From NCBI GenBank assembly GCA_964603545.1, contig CAZRVD010000003.1:4945-68944 (forward strand): DNA of 64,000 nucleotides, written 5' to 3'. The translations under genes were made by a program, and so were the position numbers. Of the stretch, positions 38,046 to 47,796 are shown piece after piece (within the stretch, counting starts at the first letter, position 1; every line of letters starts with the position of its first letter). This DNA comes from an uncultured Candidatus Saccharibacteria bacterium. GTDB taxonomy: Bacteria > Patescibacteriota > Minisyncoccia > Phycocordibacterales > DATDWN01. The notes beneath the pieces are model-generated. The model saw nothing but the letters and a program-made list of their open reading frames with translations, had not been told where the DNA came from and did not search any database.

Positions 38046-38786
38046 ATGACACAAAAAGAAATAATCAATACTACGCCAAAGAAATCCCCTGTTGAAATAC
38101 TTACAAGACAACAACTTCACAAAACAGCGGTAGAAAGAGTTCATCTTATAGCAGAAGAATTCACAGATGCTTTTAATTTCCTTCAGAAATACCCGAAATC
38201 TGTAACAGTATTTGGAGGTACTCGTTTCGTAGAAACCGACCCTCAATACGCAAGTGCAAGATCGCTTAGTGGAAGGATAGCAAAAGAACTAAACTATTCT
38301 GTAATCACAGGTGGTGGTCCAGGAATAATGGAAGCAGCAAACAGAGGTGCCTTTGAGGCAGGCGGAACATCCTTAGGATTGACTATTGAACTTTCTAACC
38401 ATCAAATAAAAAACGATTACCTTACAGATAATTTGGATTTTTACTATTTCTTCAGTAGAAAAGTTTGTATGTCTTTTTCTGCAGAAGCCTACATCTTCTT
38501 CCCTGGTGGATATGGAACGCTAGATGAGTTTTTTGAAATAGTTACCTTAGTTCAAACTAAAAAAATCGAAGCTGTTCCTATTATTCTTGTCGGTAGTGAC
38601 TTCTGGAAACCATTGGATGAACTTATGAGAAAAGAACTCCTAGGTAGAGGCACTATAGACCCGGACGACCTAGACTTATATAAAATAGTTGATGATGAAA
38701 ACGAGATAATGGAAATAGTCAAAAACTCACCTATTAGAAATGGCGTCCAATTCACTCATAACCATATTCATAGTGAGCAGAAATAA
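38046..38786 (+). CDS. LOG-family (TIGR00730) Rossmann-fold nucleotide-binding protein
   Basis: VFGGTRF ... GGGPGIMEAANRGA ... FFPGGYGTLDEFFE. Confidence 0.7.
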   Translation: MTQKEIINTTPKKSPVEILTRQQLHKTAVERVHLIAEEFTDAFNFLQKYPKSVTVFGGTRFVETDPQYASARSLSGRIAKELNYSVITGGGPGIMEAANRGAFEAGGTSLGLTIELSNHQIKNDYLTDNLDFYYFFSRKVCMSFSAEAYIFFPGGYGTLDEFFEIVTLVQTKKIEAVPIILVGSDFWKPLDELMRKELLGRGTIDPDDLDLYKIVDDENEIMEIVKNSPIRNGVQFTHNHIHSEQK

Positions 38787-38788
38787 GA

Positions 38789-39007
38789 TTATTTTACCTC
38801 AATAGATTTTTTAACCTCCTTAAACTCATTTTCTATCTGGGTCAGCCTTTCCCTTGATTCTTTAATGAGTTCTGCACCTTCTTTTACATATTCTAGACCT
38901 TTTTCTACATCTAATTCAGATTGAGATTCAAACCAAGAAACTATTCCTGCTAGTTTTTTCAGCGTCTCATTTAGATTTACTTTTGTTCCTGTCTTTTTTG
39001 GCGTCAT
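38789..39007 (-). CDS. xseB: Exodeoxyribonuclease VII small subunit
   Basis: 72-aa helical protein directly downstream of xseA; LEKLAGIVSWFE-type sequence. Confidence 0.75.
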   Translation of the reverse strand: MTPKKTGTKVNLNETLKKLAGIVSWFESQSELDVEKGLEYVKEGAELIKESRERLTQIENEFKEVKKSIEVK

Positions 39008-39011
39008 ATTT

Positions 39012-40193
39012 TTATATTACTTTACTCGTTATCCTACCATCAGAAACCATTATATCCAAGTCGTCTCCCGACCTTACATCTTTTTTGCTTTTAACTATTT
39101 TGTTACCACTTCGCACTATGCTGTATCCATGAGCTAGCTGTCTCTCTGGGTTTGAAAGTTCTATTACTTTGCCAGAGTTTTGCAGTAACTCACCCAAATC
39201 TCCCACCAAATTTTCAAATCCAGAAACCAAATCCTTTGTAAAACCGGTTATGTTTTCTTTGTAGCGATCTATACTAGACTCTATCCTATCTACAGAACGA
39301 AGTAGTGTATCTTCTGCTTTTCTAAACACTTCAATAAGTGCGTTAAAATTTGAGAAGATTTTTTCTTCATATGAATTCACCTTATAAAGCGCTTCGTTCC
39401 AAGACTGGTTCAAAAGATTAGCCACGGCAGTAGGAGTAGAAACATTTTTGTCACTTACCATACTAACAAGCGGTGCATCTTTGTCGTGCCCAATGCCCGT
39501 TATTACTGGCACACCAAAATCAGCAACTGCTCGCACCAAAACTTCGTTGTTAAAAGCTTGGAAGGACTCCAGCGAGCCTCCCCCGCGCATCATAACTAGC
39601 ACATCTAAATCTTTGTTTTTTAAAGTTTCCAAGGCTGAAAGTAAATCTTTCACAGCATCAATCCCTTCCACTTTTGAATCAACAAAAATTATTTCAAAAC
39701 CAAACTTACCAATATTTGTTAGGAAATCATTTATTACCGCACCACTTTTTGAAGTAATTACTCCAATCTTGTGTGGATACTCTGGTAAAGCTTTTTTTCT
39801 CTCAATACTAAAAAGTCCTTCTAGTTCAAGTTTCTTTTTTAATTTCTCGTAAGCTATTTGTAGTGCTCCTTCACCGACAAGTTCTATAGTTTCTACTTGT
39901 AGAGTTAGCCCACCATTTGGTTTATAAATACTTGGATAGGCAGAAACGATGATCTCCAAACCGTCGCGTAGCTCCACACCAGATACAGTAAAATCTCTCT
40001 TCCACATAAAACACTTCATGGTGCTTGCGTCTTTAGAATCTTTTATAGAAAAGTACAAATATGACCGTCCTGGATATTCCTGCACTCCAGAAACTTCTCC
40101 TATTATTCTGGCCTTCTCCTCCTTAAGATTTAAGTTTAACTTATCCAAATACTCACTAACTGAAATAATATCCGTTTGACTGTTTTGTGACAT
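39012..40193 (-). CDS. xseA: Exodeoxyribonuclease VII large subunit
   Basis: N-terminal OB-fold, 393 aa, operon with xseB. Confidence 0.85.
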   Translation of the reverse strand: MSQNSQTDIISVSEYLDKLNLNLKEEKARIIGEVSGVQEYPGRSYLYFSIKDSKDASTMKCFMWKRDFTVSGVELRDGLEIIVSAYPSIYKPNGGLTLQVETIELVGEGALQIAYEKLKKKLELEGLFSIERKKALPEYPHKIGVITSKSGAVINDFLTNIGKFGFEIIFVDSKVEGIDAVKDLLSALETLKNKDLDVLVMMRGGGSLESFQAFNNEVLVRAVADFGVPVITGIGHDKDAPLVSMVSDKNVSTPTAVANLLNQSWNEALYKVNSYEEKIFSNFNALIEVFRKAEDTLLRSVDRIESSIDRYKENITGFTKDLVSGFENLVGDLGELLQNSGKVIELSNPERQLAHGYSIVRSGNKIVKSKKDVRSGDDLDIMVSDGRITSKVI

Positions 40194-40204
40194 GAAAAAA
40201 TTTT

Positions 40205-40251
40205 ATCATAGTATACGAAACCGCCCAAGCGAAGCGCGGCTTCGCTTGGGC
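40205..40251 (-). terminator. Intrinsic terminator of the Cys-rich foreign gene
   Basis: Perfect 14-bp stem CGCCCAAGCGAAGCgcgGCTTCGCTTGGGCG then a T-rich tail on the minus strand. Confidence 0.55.
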
Positions 40252-40252
40252 G

Positions 40253-40573
40253 TCATCCAAGAATTTCTCTCTTGATCTGCTCGAGGGTCTCGAGATCATG
40301 TTCACAGGAAATGCCCTGCTCTGCACAGTTGACGCACCCGCAGTCTCTTGAAGAGCCAGCGGGGTTGACCCAAACTGCACACCATGGGCCGACAACGTCC
40401 TGACCGAGATCATCAAACGCACAAAGCGCAACCTCACAATCTCCCTCAACGAAACGGGCGAGAAGGTCATTGGGTTGACCAGGTTGGGGGAAAATCCCCA
40501 CGTAGTAGAAACCACTTGCCTGCGCGGACTCGGGTGATTTGACTTGTTCCTCCACGTATCTCATCATGCGCAC
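40253..40573 (-). CDS. Small G+C-rich foreign Cys-rich protein (106 aa, 7 Cys)
   Basis: TTGACA -35, SD GGTAGAGGTG, DCEVALCAFDD...RDCGCVNCAEQGISCEHD. Confidence 0.4.
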   Translation of the reverse strand: MRMMRYVEEQVKSPESAQASGFYYVGIFPQPGQPNDLLARFVEGDCEVALCAFDDLGQDVVGPWCAVWVNPAGSSRDCGCVNCAEQGISCEHDLETLEQIKREILG

Positions 40574-40613
40574 CTCTACCCTACATGATGTAACTGCAAA
40601 GCAAAAATGTCAA

Positions 40614-41852
40614 TTATTCTATAAATGTAAGTGCTTTGCCACTCTTACCTGCTCTACCAGTACGACCAATACGGTGCACATAGTCCTCATAAGTCGCTGG
40701 CAAATCAAAGTTAATAACGTGTGACACGCCACTTATGTCTAGCCCTCGTGCAGCGACATCTGTAGCAACAAGTATTTGAGTTCTATCTTCTTTAAAAGTT
40801 TTCAGCGCACGCTGTCTTGCTGACTGGTTTTTGTCTCCATGAATTGACTCCGCTTTAAATCCTCTGTCTTTCAAAAGATTTGTTAGTTTTTCTACCCCGT
40901 GTTTTGTTCTGCCGAAAATCAAAACTTTGTTAAAGTCAGGTTGAATTAGCATGCTGTGTAGCACGTCTAGTTTGTTTTCCCCCCTCTGCACTTTTACAAC
41001 ATCTTGATCAACATTTTTTGAAGTGTCCCCTGTTTTAACAGAAATAGAAATCGGATTTTTTAGAAAATCTTTTATAAGCGCCTCAATCTCTGGTGAAATT
41101 GTAGCTGAAAAGAAAAGTGTATGTCTGTCTTTTGGCATAAGTGCCATCATGAACTTCATATCATTTATGAAACCCATATCCAGCATTCTGTCTGCTTCGT
41201 CTAGCACAACTGTTTTAAAAAACGAAAGGTTTAAAACTTTTCTCTCTATCAAATCTTTTATTCTTCCAGGTGTACCTATAACAAACTCATTTCTATATCG
41301 TAAATCCCGTATTTGAGACCCAATCGGTGCACCTCCAACGCAAACGGTAGAAAAAAGCCTCATGTTTCCTACAAACCCTCTCAGCTCTTCCTGAATCTGC
41401 AGTGCCAGTTCACGAGTAGGAACAACGATAAGAATGTTTTCTTTGTCATTACTTAAAACTTTATGAATTAGTGGTATTAGAAAAGCCGCCGTCTTTCCTG
41501 TACCTGTGTTTGCGATACCAACAACATCTTGCCCGCGTAGAACATGAGGGATGGCTTTATCTTGAATTGGTGTCGGGGTAACGTAGCCTTTTTCTATAAT
41601 ATTTTTCTTTAATCTTTCATCTATCAGAAAATCACTGAACTTGTGTTCAGGTACGAAAATAGTAGCTGTCTCCGTAACGACAGCTTTGTTAACAAATTTT
41701 GAAGGATGAATAGAATCCATTCTTCCTCTACCCCGTGATGGAGCTCTGCGAATTGGTGTGCCGAAACTTCTCCTCGCGCCCACGTTTCTACTTCCGCCAA
41801 ACGACGGCCGTCCAAAGGATCTTACGACCCTTCTTTGTGTATTTCTTTCCAT
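40614..41852 (-). CDS. DEAD-box ATP-dependent RNA helicase with N-terminal RG-rich extension
   Basis: Q-motif, ANTGTGKTAAF, DEAD in VVLDEADRMLDMGF, SAT, HRIGRTGRAG. Confidence 0.9.
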   Translation of the reverse strand: MERNTQRRVVRSFGRPSFGGSRNVGARRSFGTPIRRAPSRGRGRMDSIHPSKFVNKAVVTETATIFVPEHKFSDFLIDERLKKNIIEKGYVTPTPIQDKAIPHVLRGQDVVGIANTGTGKTAAFLIPLIHKVLSNDKENILIVVPTRELALQIQEELRGFVGNMRLFSTVCVGGAPIGSQIRDLRYRNEFVIGTPGRIKDLIERKVLNLSFFKTVVLDEADRMLDMGFINDMKFMMALMPKDRHTLFFSATISPEIEALIKDFLKNPISISVKTGDTSKNVDQDVVKVQRGENKLDVLHSMLIQPDFNKVLIFGRTKHGVEKLTNLLKDRGFKAESIHGDKNQSARQRALKTFKEDRTQILVATDVAARGLDISGVSHVINFDLPATYEDYVHRIGRTGRAGKSGKALTFIE

Positions 41853-42039
41853 TTATTTAATTATTGAGAATTATTAAAGAACTTATTCGTTTAATATTTT
41901 TGCCTAAATTCTTATCTCGTAAGTTCAAAATGGAAGCAATGCTTACCAACAATTAGAGAAAAATCTCTGAAGGAAACTAGTGAGAATAACTCAATGCTTA
42001 CACTATAAACTATTGCGTTTCAAATGTCAAACTTGATAC

Positions 42040-42068
42040 TTGACTTTCTACATTAGAGATGCTATAAT
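42040..42068 (+). promoter_or_regulatory. Consensus sigma70 promoter (TTGACT -17- TATAAT) of the Pro-rich membrane protein cassette
   Basis: acTTGACTttctacattagagatgcTATAATtaag. Confidence 0.55.
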
Positions 42069-42147
42069 TAAGTGCAGGAATTCGTTGGTGTTGGTCTCCC
42101 CGAGGATGGGGTGAGACACTCTCGAATCTTTGACAGGGAGTACGCTC

Positions 42148-43047
42148 ATGACTCGACTGGTTCGGATTTTCGTCCTCGCCTTGGCGGTTACGCTGGTCGC
42201 CAGCACCGCAATGGCACAGAAGGGACAGTTCGTTGCTCCTGTGAATGCGGAACTCGACAAGTTCCCCATCTACAACGACGTGCTGACAGTGGCCCAGATG
42301 GCCAAGCACGAACTCACGGTGAAGGTTCTCACGGAGCCCACCGTCGTGCACAACCACTTCCGTGGCCTGCACGGCAAGGACGGGCGCTTCGTCCTGGAAC
42401 TCTTGCCCACCGGAACAATCGTGTTGGTGGACAAGGACGGTAGGATCCGCTACAAAGCGGACTGCGGGAATCGGCTGAGCGAAATGCCGCCGCCTCCCGC
42501 ACCCGTCTTGGGACCGGCGACACCCGTACCGTGCATCCCGGAAATTCTTCCGCTCGCTCCCAAACAGAGTGGGTGGTCGTGGTTCTGGGGTGGCATGTGG
42601 AATTTCCTTGCCTGGATCGCCAACGGTCTGGGCGGGTTGCTGGCAGGAATCTGGCACTGCCTGTGGTTCCTGCTGACCAGCATCGGCTGGCTGTTCCTCT
42701 TGGCGCTCATTCTGTGGTTGACATGGCGACTGTTGCGCTACCTCTTCGGAGGTAACCAGCAGAACAACGCCTGGGGAGGGGGCAACAACCCGCCTGCTCC
42801 AGTCGCACCGCTCGTCACACCGCGACAGACGGCGACGCCACCGCCGGCTCCGACACCTTCAGCAGTCGCCCCTTCGGCGATTCCTGTGGTGGCGGGACCG
42901 CTCACCACCCCCGATCGCTCTTTCCTGAACTTCAACCCAGGGGATGTGGGTCGTCCGGACATGCTGACGTGGGGCGGGCGGATCACTCCGCACTCCTACG
43001 AGGACCGGCCGGACGGGAGTCACGCACTCCGATTCTATCGGAGGTAA
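42148..43047 (+). CDS. G+C-rich foreign secreted/membrane protein (signal peptide, two central TM helices, Pro/Ala-rich C-terminal region)
   Basis: AGGGAG SD before the MTRLVRIFVLALAVTLVASTAMAQ start. The region is very G+C-rich. Confidence 0.5.
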   Translation: MTRLVRIFVLALAVTLVASTAMAQKGQFVAPVNAELDKFPIYNDVLTVAQMAKHELTVKVLTEPTVVHNHFRGLHGKDGRFVLELLPTGTIVLVDKDGRIRYKADCGNRLSEMPPPPAPVLGPATPVPCIPEILPLAPKQSGWSWFWGGMWNFLAWIANGLGGLLAGIWHCLWFLLTSIGWLFLLALILWLTWRLLRYLFGGNQQNNAWGGGNNPPAPVAPLVTPRQTATPPPAPTPSAVAPSAIPVVAGPLTTPDRSFLNFNPGDVGRPDMLTWGGRITPHSYEDRPDGSHALRFYRR

Positions 43048-43066
43048 CATAGAGGGGTCATCCCTC

Positions 43067-43105
43067 GGCGGCAGGTCCCACAAGACCTGCCGCCATTTCG
43101 TATAC
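43067..43105 (+). terminator. Intrinsic terminator of the 42148-43047 gene
   Basis: Perfect 11-bp stem GGCGGCAGGTCccacaaGACCTGCCGCC followed by ATTTCGTAT. Confidence 0.6.
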
Positions 43106-43418
43106 AAAATATAATATTTGTGGTCTATATTTTTATGCACAGAAAATTGACACTTGTAAACAAGATATGCACAGTATATCCACTAAATTCACACTTATAT
43201 ATTATTGACAAATGGTACCCTTGGAACAAAATTATAGTAGGTACAAAATCAATGAAGACATCCTCAAAATAAATAGTGAAATTAGTCTCGTCCCCGTGAG
43301 CCTTATGAACTCACACAAGAGACAAAAATTATCACAAATCGGGATGCGCCTTCACCCGAAAGTACCAGCGAAAACAAAGCCTCTCGTAATATCTACGGAG
43401 GTCTTTGTTTTGCATTTT

Positions 43419-43814
43419 TTAGTTCATTCTTATTTTTTTAAGCTCTGAAATTAACTTTGTATAATTCGGCATTGTTTCTCCTACCAAATTCCAGAATTTT
43501 TGAGAATGGTTAAATTGTCCTATATGGCAAAGTTCATGCACAATTATATAATCAGTTAGATATGGAGGCAGTGTAATTATCCTAAAATTAAAATTTAAGT
43601 TCCCCTTGCTTGAGCAACTTCCCCACCGACTTCTCTGGTTTCTAATACTTACCCTCCCGTATTTAAATTTATAATGCTTGTTCCAATACTCCAATCTTTC
43701 TTTCACAAATTTTCTCGCATTCTCTTTCTCCTCTAAATATCTTTTACTCCCAATAGGTTTTCTCCTCACTCTCCTCCTAACCTTTCTAAAATAGAATTTA
43801 ATTATATTTCGCAT
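43419..43814 (-). CDS. DUF45/YgjP-like zinc metallohydrolase
   Basis: RWGSCSSKGNLNFN ... YIIVHELCHIGQFNHSQKFW (HExxH). Confidence 0.6.
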   Translation of the reverse strand: MRNIIKFYFRKVRRRVRRKPIGSKRYLEEKENARKFVKERLEYWNKHYKFKYGRVSIRNQRSRWGSCSSKGNLNFNFRIITLPPYLTDYIIVHELCHIGQFNHSQKFWNLVGETMPNYTKLISELKKIRMN

Positions 43815-43815
43815 A

Positions 43816-43845
43816 TTGACTTTTGTATATATATCGTGTTATAAT
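43816..43845 (+). promoter_or_regulatory. sigma70 promoter (TTGACT -18- TATAAT) of the 43892-44542 cassette
   Basis: atTTGACTtttgtatatatatcgtgtTATAAT. Confidence 0.5.
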
Positions 43846-43891
43846 ATAGTTAGAAATTACAACCCTGTGTTAACCACGAGAGGAGGTTCGA

Positions 43892-44542
43892 ATGTCTTCA
43901 CGACAGAAAGTAACGGACCTGCTTTTTGCGGTCCAGTTTGTTGGTGCAGCCTTGTTTTGTGGTGGCTACATCATGCGGTCGTTCTCAGACGTCACTGGAT
44001 CAAGCGTAGCACAGTTTGGCCTGGTAGAGATGTTTCTCTTGTTTCAATTGGCTCTAACGGTTAGTGCACACCGCACTTCCCCGAGTCGCTTAACGGAACA
44101 AGCAATCTGTACCTACCTGTTCTGGTTCATCCTCATGTTCCTCGTTATTGCTGTGGTGCTACTAAACCCAGCATACCGATGGAATGAAAAGGACACCACA
44201 ACTGCAATCGTTGCATTGGTTCTGACAGTTCTGACCCTTAGCTTTAACTACGCAAACGGGTCATCACTCAAAGACCCTTTCATCCGAGCACTGTTCGCAA
44301 TCGCGTACAAGTCAGTTCCCCAAGTACTCCTTGCCTGGAAATTCCTGGCAGAGGGCGCCTCGGGTACACCTGACTTGTCTGTGTATGTTGGACACGCCAC
44401 AATTCTCATTCGTCTTGGCCAGATCTACTTCATGGGAAAGGAAGCAGGCTGGGACCGAAACAGAATGTGGCTCTGGAGAAGCGAATGGGCCAACGAGATT
44501 AGTTGGCTTGTCGCCACAGTTGCGTGGTTTTTGGTTTCCTGA
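43892..44542 (+). CDS. G+C-rich foreign polytopic membrane protein (216 aa)
   Basis: GAGAGGAGG SD. Five to six hydrophobic helices. GGCCCTGGTCgaaaGACCCGGGCC terminator hairpin at 44549-44572. Confidence 0.5.
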   Translation: MSSRQKVTDLLFAVQFVGAALFCGGYIMRSFSDVTGSSVAQFGLVEMFLLFQLALTVSAHRTSPSRLTEQAICTYLFWFILMFLVIAVVLLNPAYRWNEKDTTTAIVALVLTVLTLSFNYANGSSLKDPFIRALFAIAYKSVPQVLLAWKFLAEGASGTPDLSVYVGHATILIRLGQIYFMGKEAGWDRNRMWLWRSEWANEISWLVATVAWFLVS

Positions 44543-44740
44543 GGCCCTGGTCGAAAGACCCGGGCCTCTTCTGTAATATAAAATCTCGTTGAACACATAT
44601 CTTTTTTGAGACTCCGCAGACCCAAAGCTTGGTTCCGTCAAGGCATTCCATCTTGACGGATTTAGGTCGAGGACTAAACGAACTCTCCGCAGGAGAGAGT
44701 GAGTGGTCTCAAAAAAGATATGTGTGAGAAAGAGATTACA

Positions 44741-46192
44741 CTACTTATCAATTGCCAAAACTTCATCTATTCTGATTTGTTTTACGAATTCCGGTACATG
44801 AGAAACAAGTATCATCGCGCCCTCGTATTTGTCCAACGCTTCAGCAATGACTGGGATGTGTCTAAAGTTTATATGGTTTGTAGGCTCGTCTAGAATAAGT
44901 AGTCCTGGTTTTTGGAGTACAAGTTGTGCAAAGGCAACCAAACCTTTTTGACCCTCAGATAGCGAACCTATTTTTGTATTTATTATCTCCCCTATGAGTA
45001 AAAACCCTGCTGCAACTGAGCGCATATTCTCCTCAATATGCTCTGTCATAACGCTCATTAGCGATTCGCGTACTGTGTCTTCAAAATTTAATGTTGAAAA
45101 ATCTTGCCTGTAGTATCCCACTTTTATACCCTCTGTAATTTTTGCCCCTTTAGCAGTCCCGGAAGCTAATTGTTCAAGAAGAGTACTTTTTCCGATACCG
45201 TTTGGTCCAGTTAAAAGTAAGTGTTCTTTTTTGCGTAAAACAACATCGCATTTTCGAGAAACCGGTTTGTGATTTTTTATCATTGAAAAAGATTTGATTT
45301 TTATTATGTCTCCGTTTATATCTGGCTGTACTGGAATAATAAAAGAACGAATAGCTTTGTCTTCTTTCCGAACATCTACCTTTTCTTCCTCAAGTTCATC
45401 TGCTTTTTCTCGCATTCGCCTTGCGACAAGACGCATCTGACCACCCTTGTTGGCAAAAAAGTTTGCTTTATCTTTGTTCTCTTGTATTTCTTTTGCCAAC
45501 TGGGCATTTTTCTTGTTTTCTTTTTCTATTCTGGTAGAAATTTCCGCCACCACATCAAAATAGTTACCCACGTACTGCTCTACCTTTCTAGTATGAACAT
45601 CCAAATACAGAACTCCCTGTGTAAAAGCGTTTAGAAATTCCGCATCGTGGGAAATTACAAGAACTGTTTTTGTGTAATCAACCAAAAACTTTGTTAAATG
45701 TTCTATACCGTCTTTGTCTAAGTTGTTTGTTGGCTCGTCTAGAAGTAAGATGTCTGGATCTTGTATTAAAGCAGATGCCAAAAGAAGTCGTGCTTGCTGT
45801 CCACCAGAAAAAGATTTTACTACTCTATCTATCGGTGCATTTAGGTTTACAACCTCTAGAACTTTTTTAATTTTTGGTTCAATATTGTAAATCTTTTCAG
45901 AAAAACAATTTTGAAAAAACTGGAGGACCGTCATCTCCATTTCATTTCTTGGAATAACCTGCCTTGCAATAGCTATACTCAAATCCTGTCCTAAGTGAAT
46001 TTGACCCCCCTCTGGTTTATAAACTCCTGTAATAAGGCCAAAAAGAGTGCTCTTTCCAGCGCCGTTTTGCCCCATAATAGTAACTTTTGATCCTCGCCTT
46101 ACTGTGAAATTTACTTCGTCCAGTATAGGTTTTTTTATTCCAAAATTAAATGAAACAGTATCAAAGTTTATAATAACTTCGTTTTTTGCCAT
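44741..46192 (-). CDS. ABC-F family ATPase (tandem ABC domains, no TMD)
   Basis: Two Walker A sites, GQNGAGKSTLF and GPNGIGKSTLL, each with an LSGGQ-type signature. Confidence 0.85.
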   Translation of the reverse strand: MAKNEVIINFDTVSFNFGIKKPILDEVNFTVRRGSKVTIMGQNGAGKSTLFGLITGVYKPEGGQIHLGQDLSIAIARQVIPRNEMEMTVLQFFQNCFSEKIYNIEPKIKKVLEVVNLNAPIDRVVKSFSGGQQARLLLASALIQDPDILLLDEPTNNLDKDGIEHLTKFLVDYTKTVLVISHDAEFLNAFTQGVLYLDVHTRKVEQYVGNYFDVVAEISTRIEKENKKNAQLAKEIQENKDKANFFANKGGQMRLVARRMREKADELEEEKVDVRKEDKAIRSFIIPVQPDINGDIIKIKSFSMIKNHKPVSRKCDVVLRKKEHLLLTGPNGIGKSTLLEQLASGTAKGAKITEGIKVGYYRQDFSTLNFEDTVRESLMSVMTEHIEENMRSVAAGFLLIGEIINTKIGSLSEGQKGLVAFAQLVLQKPGLLILDEPTNHINFRHIPVIAEALDKYEGAMILVSHVPEFVKQIRIDEVLAIDK

Positions 46193-46231
46193 GAGTAGCT
46201 ATTCTATAACAATTTTGAGTGGAAAGAAAGA

Positions 46232-46741
46232 CTACCTTCCTGTTTTTAGAATATAATAGTCCAAACCAATATACCCTGCAATCCTATGAGCTAACATTAT
46301 TAAAATAGCCAAAACAAGCATAACTGGGTTTGAACTAACTGTTCCCGCAAGGAGATAATTCACATTCATAAAAGCACCGAAAAATGCCGCTAGAAAAGTA
46401 AACGCTCCAAGTATGAGCCCAATTCCCACAAGAACCTCTCCATACGCTATTGCGTGCGACCAAGTGTTTGCATGTGGTAAAACTGCGTGCTGTAGAAACC
46501 ATGCATACCAGACGGAAACATCTGGATGCTCCCCCACAGTTTTACCGAGGGCTTCATTTACAAAACCTGTTATAGCACCACCTGCTGTACTCCCAACCCA
46601 AACAGAATTAAGCACCTTATGATACCCCGCTATTGCCCACTCGTAACCCAAATAGACTCTTGCCACTGTCCAAACTGGTGACATTACTCTGCTTGAAAAA
46701 ATAAAATGATAAATTGATGTCAAAAATCCTGGTGTTCTCAT
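46232..46741 (-). CDS. DoxX-family membrane protein
   Basis: Four TM helices; DoxX-like VYLGYEWAIAGYHK. Confidence 0.5.
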   Translation of the reverse strand: MRTPGFLTSIYHFIFSSRVMSPVWTVARVYLGYEWAIAGYHKVLNSVWVGSTAGGAITGFVNEALGKTVGEHPDVSVWYAWFLQHAVLPHANTWSHAIAYGEVLVGIGLILGAFTFLAAFFGAFMNVNYLLAGTVSSNPVMLVLAILIMLAHRIAGYIGLDYYILKTGR

Positions 46742-46757
46742 CTGTTTAATTGTTTAG

Positions 46758-47789
46758 TTATAAAGATTTATTGTCTAAAATTAAATTCTGATAAATATCT
46801 ATTAGCGCAAAGAAAAGCCCAATAATTAATGGTCCAAAAATAAAACCAATAGGTCCAAAAACTGCAATCCCGCCAAGCACAGCAAAAAGCATTATTAGTT
46901 GATGTACTTCTGTTCCTTTTGAATACAGATAAGGCCCAAGAATATTATCCACTAATCCAACAATAAGTCCTCCCCACAAAGTAAGACCTACAGCAAAAGG
47001 AACATTTCCTGCAATATACATGTATGCTACAGCAGGAATAAAAACCACAGCAGTGCCGAGTCCTGGTACAAGAGAAGCTATCGCTGATATACTCCCCCAT
47101 AAAGTCGGGTTAGGAACTCCAAAAACCCACAAGCCTATCCCCGCCAAAAGACCCTGTGCCACAGCCACTAAAAGAACACCCCTCACTGTTGAATTTACTG
47201 TTTGTTTTATCCTTACGAAAATCTCGTCGTCATATTTATCTTTAAGTGGGCTAAGATCAATAAGTATTTTTTTAAACTTAGCTCCGTCTTTTAAAAAGAA
47301 GTAAAGAGAAATAAATATAAGTATAATTCCTGTAAATATACCGAGAACACTCGAAAGAATCGCACTCAAATGGCCCGTAATCCAGTCTGCAATAACTTCC
47401 GCATATTCTCCTATATTCACTTCAAAAGCTGGATAAATTTTTTGAATCGGTTTTTCTATAACATTTGTGACTTTTTGAATATAATCAATCTCTGAGTCAT
47501 TAGTTAGTTGGGCATAAATACCCCTAGATTCATTGAAAACAGTCATCGTTAAAAAAATAGTTGGGGTAATAATGACAACTGCAAAAAGTATAACTACAAG
47601 AAAAGCGGAGATACCACTTCTGCCTCCGATAGAATTCGTTATTTTTCTATGAAGTGGAGTGAGCACTACTCCAAAAATCATAGACAACACCAGAACCTCA
47701 AGAAAAGGGGAAAACAGGGCAAGAACAAGGACTGTTGCAATAAGTAGTAACCCTACAAAAAAATATGTTTGTAATGAACTTCTTTCCAT
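46758..47789 (-). CDS. AI-2E (PerM/UPF0118) family transporter
   Basis: ~340-aa polytopic membrane protein with the characteristic topology and Gly-rich C-terminal helices. Confidence 0.55.
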   Translation of the reverse strand: MERSSLQTYFFVGLLLIATVLVLALFSPFLEVLVLSMIFGVVLTPLHRKITNSIGGRSGISAFLVVILFAVVIITPTIFLTMTVFNESRGIYAQLTNDSEIDYIQKVTNVIEKPIQKIYPAFEVNIGEYAEVIADWITGHLSAILSSVLGIFTGIILIFISLYFFLKDGAKFKKILIDLSPLKDKYDDEIFVRIKQTVNSTVRGVLLVAVAQGLLAGIGLWVFGVPNPTLWGSISAIASLVPGLGTAVVFIPAVAYMYIAGNVPFAVGLTLWGGLIVGLVDNILGPYLYSKGTEVHQLIMLFAVLGGIAVFGPIGFIFGPLIIGLFFALIDIYQNLILDNKSL

Positions 47790-47796
47790 TACTACA

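Noticed and set aside
42010-42755. Antisense and overlapping ORFs in the 42-43 kb G+C-rich cassette (e.g. 42010..42657 minus, 215 aa; 42072..42443; 42450..42710)
   Set aside because: These are typical long spurious frames on the strand opposite a G+C-rich gene. The sense gene has promoter, SD, signal peptide and terminator; these have none.
44312-44641. Minus-strand ORFs 44312..44641, 44425..44625 and the + ORF 44331..44576
   Set aside because: They overlap the 3' end of, or are antisense to, the SD-supported membrane protein gene in G+C-rich DNA, with no independent signals.
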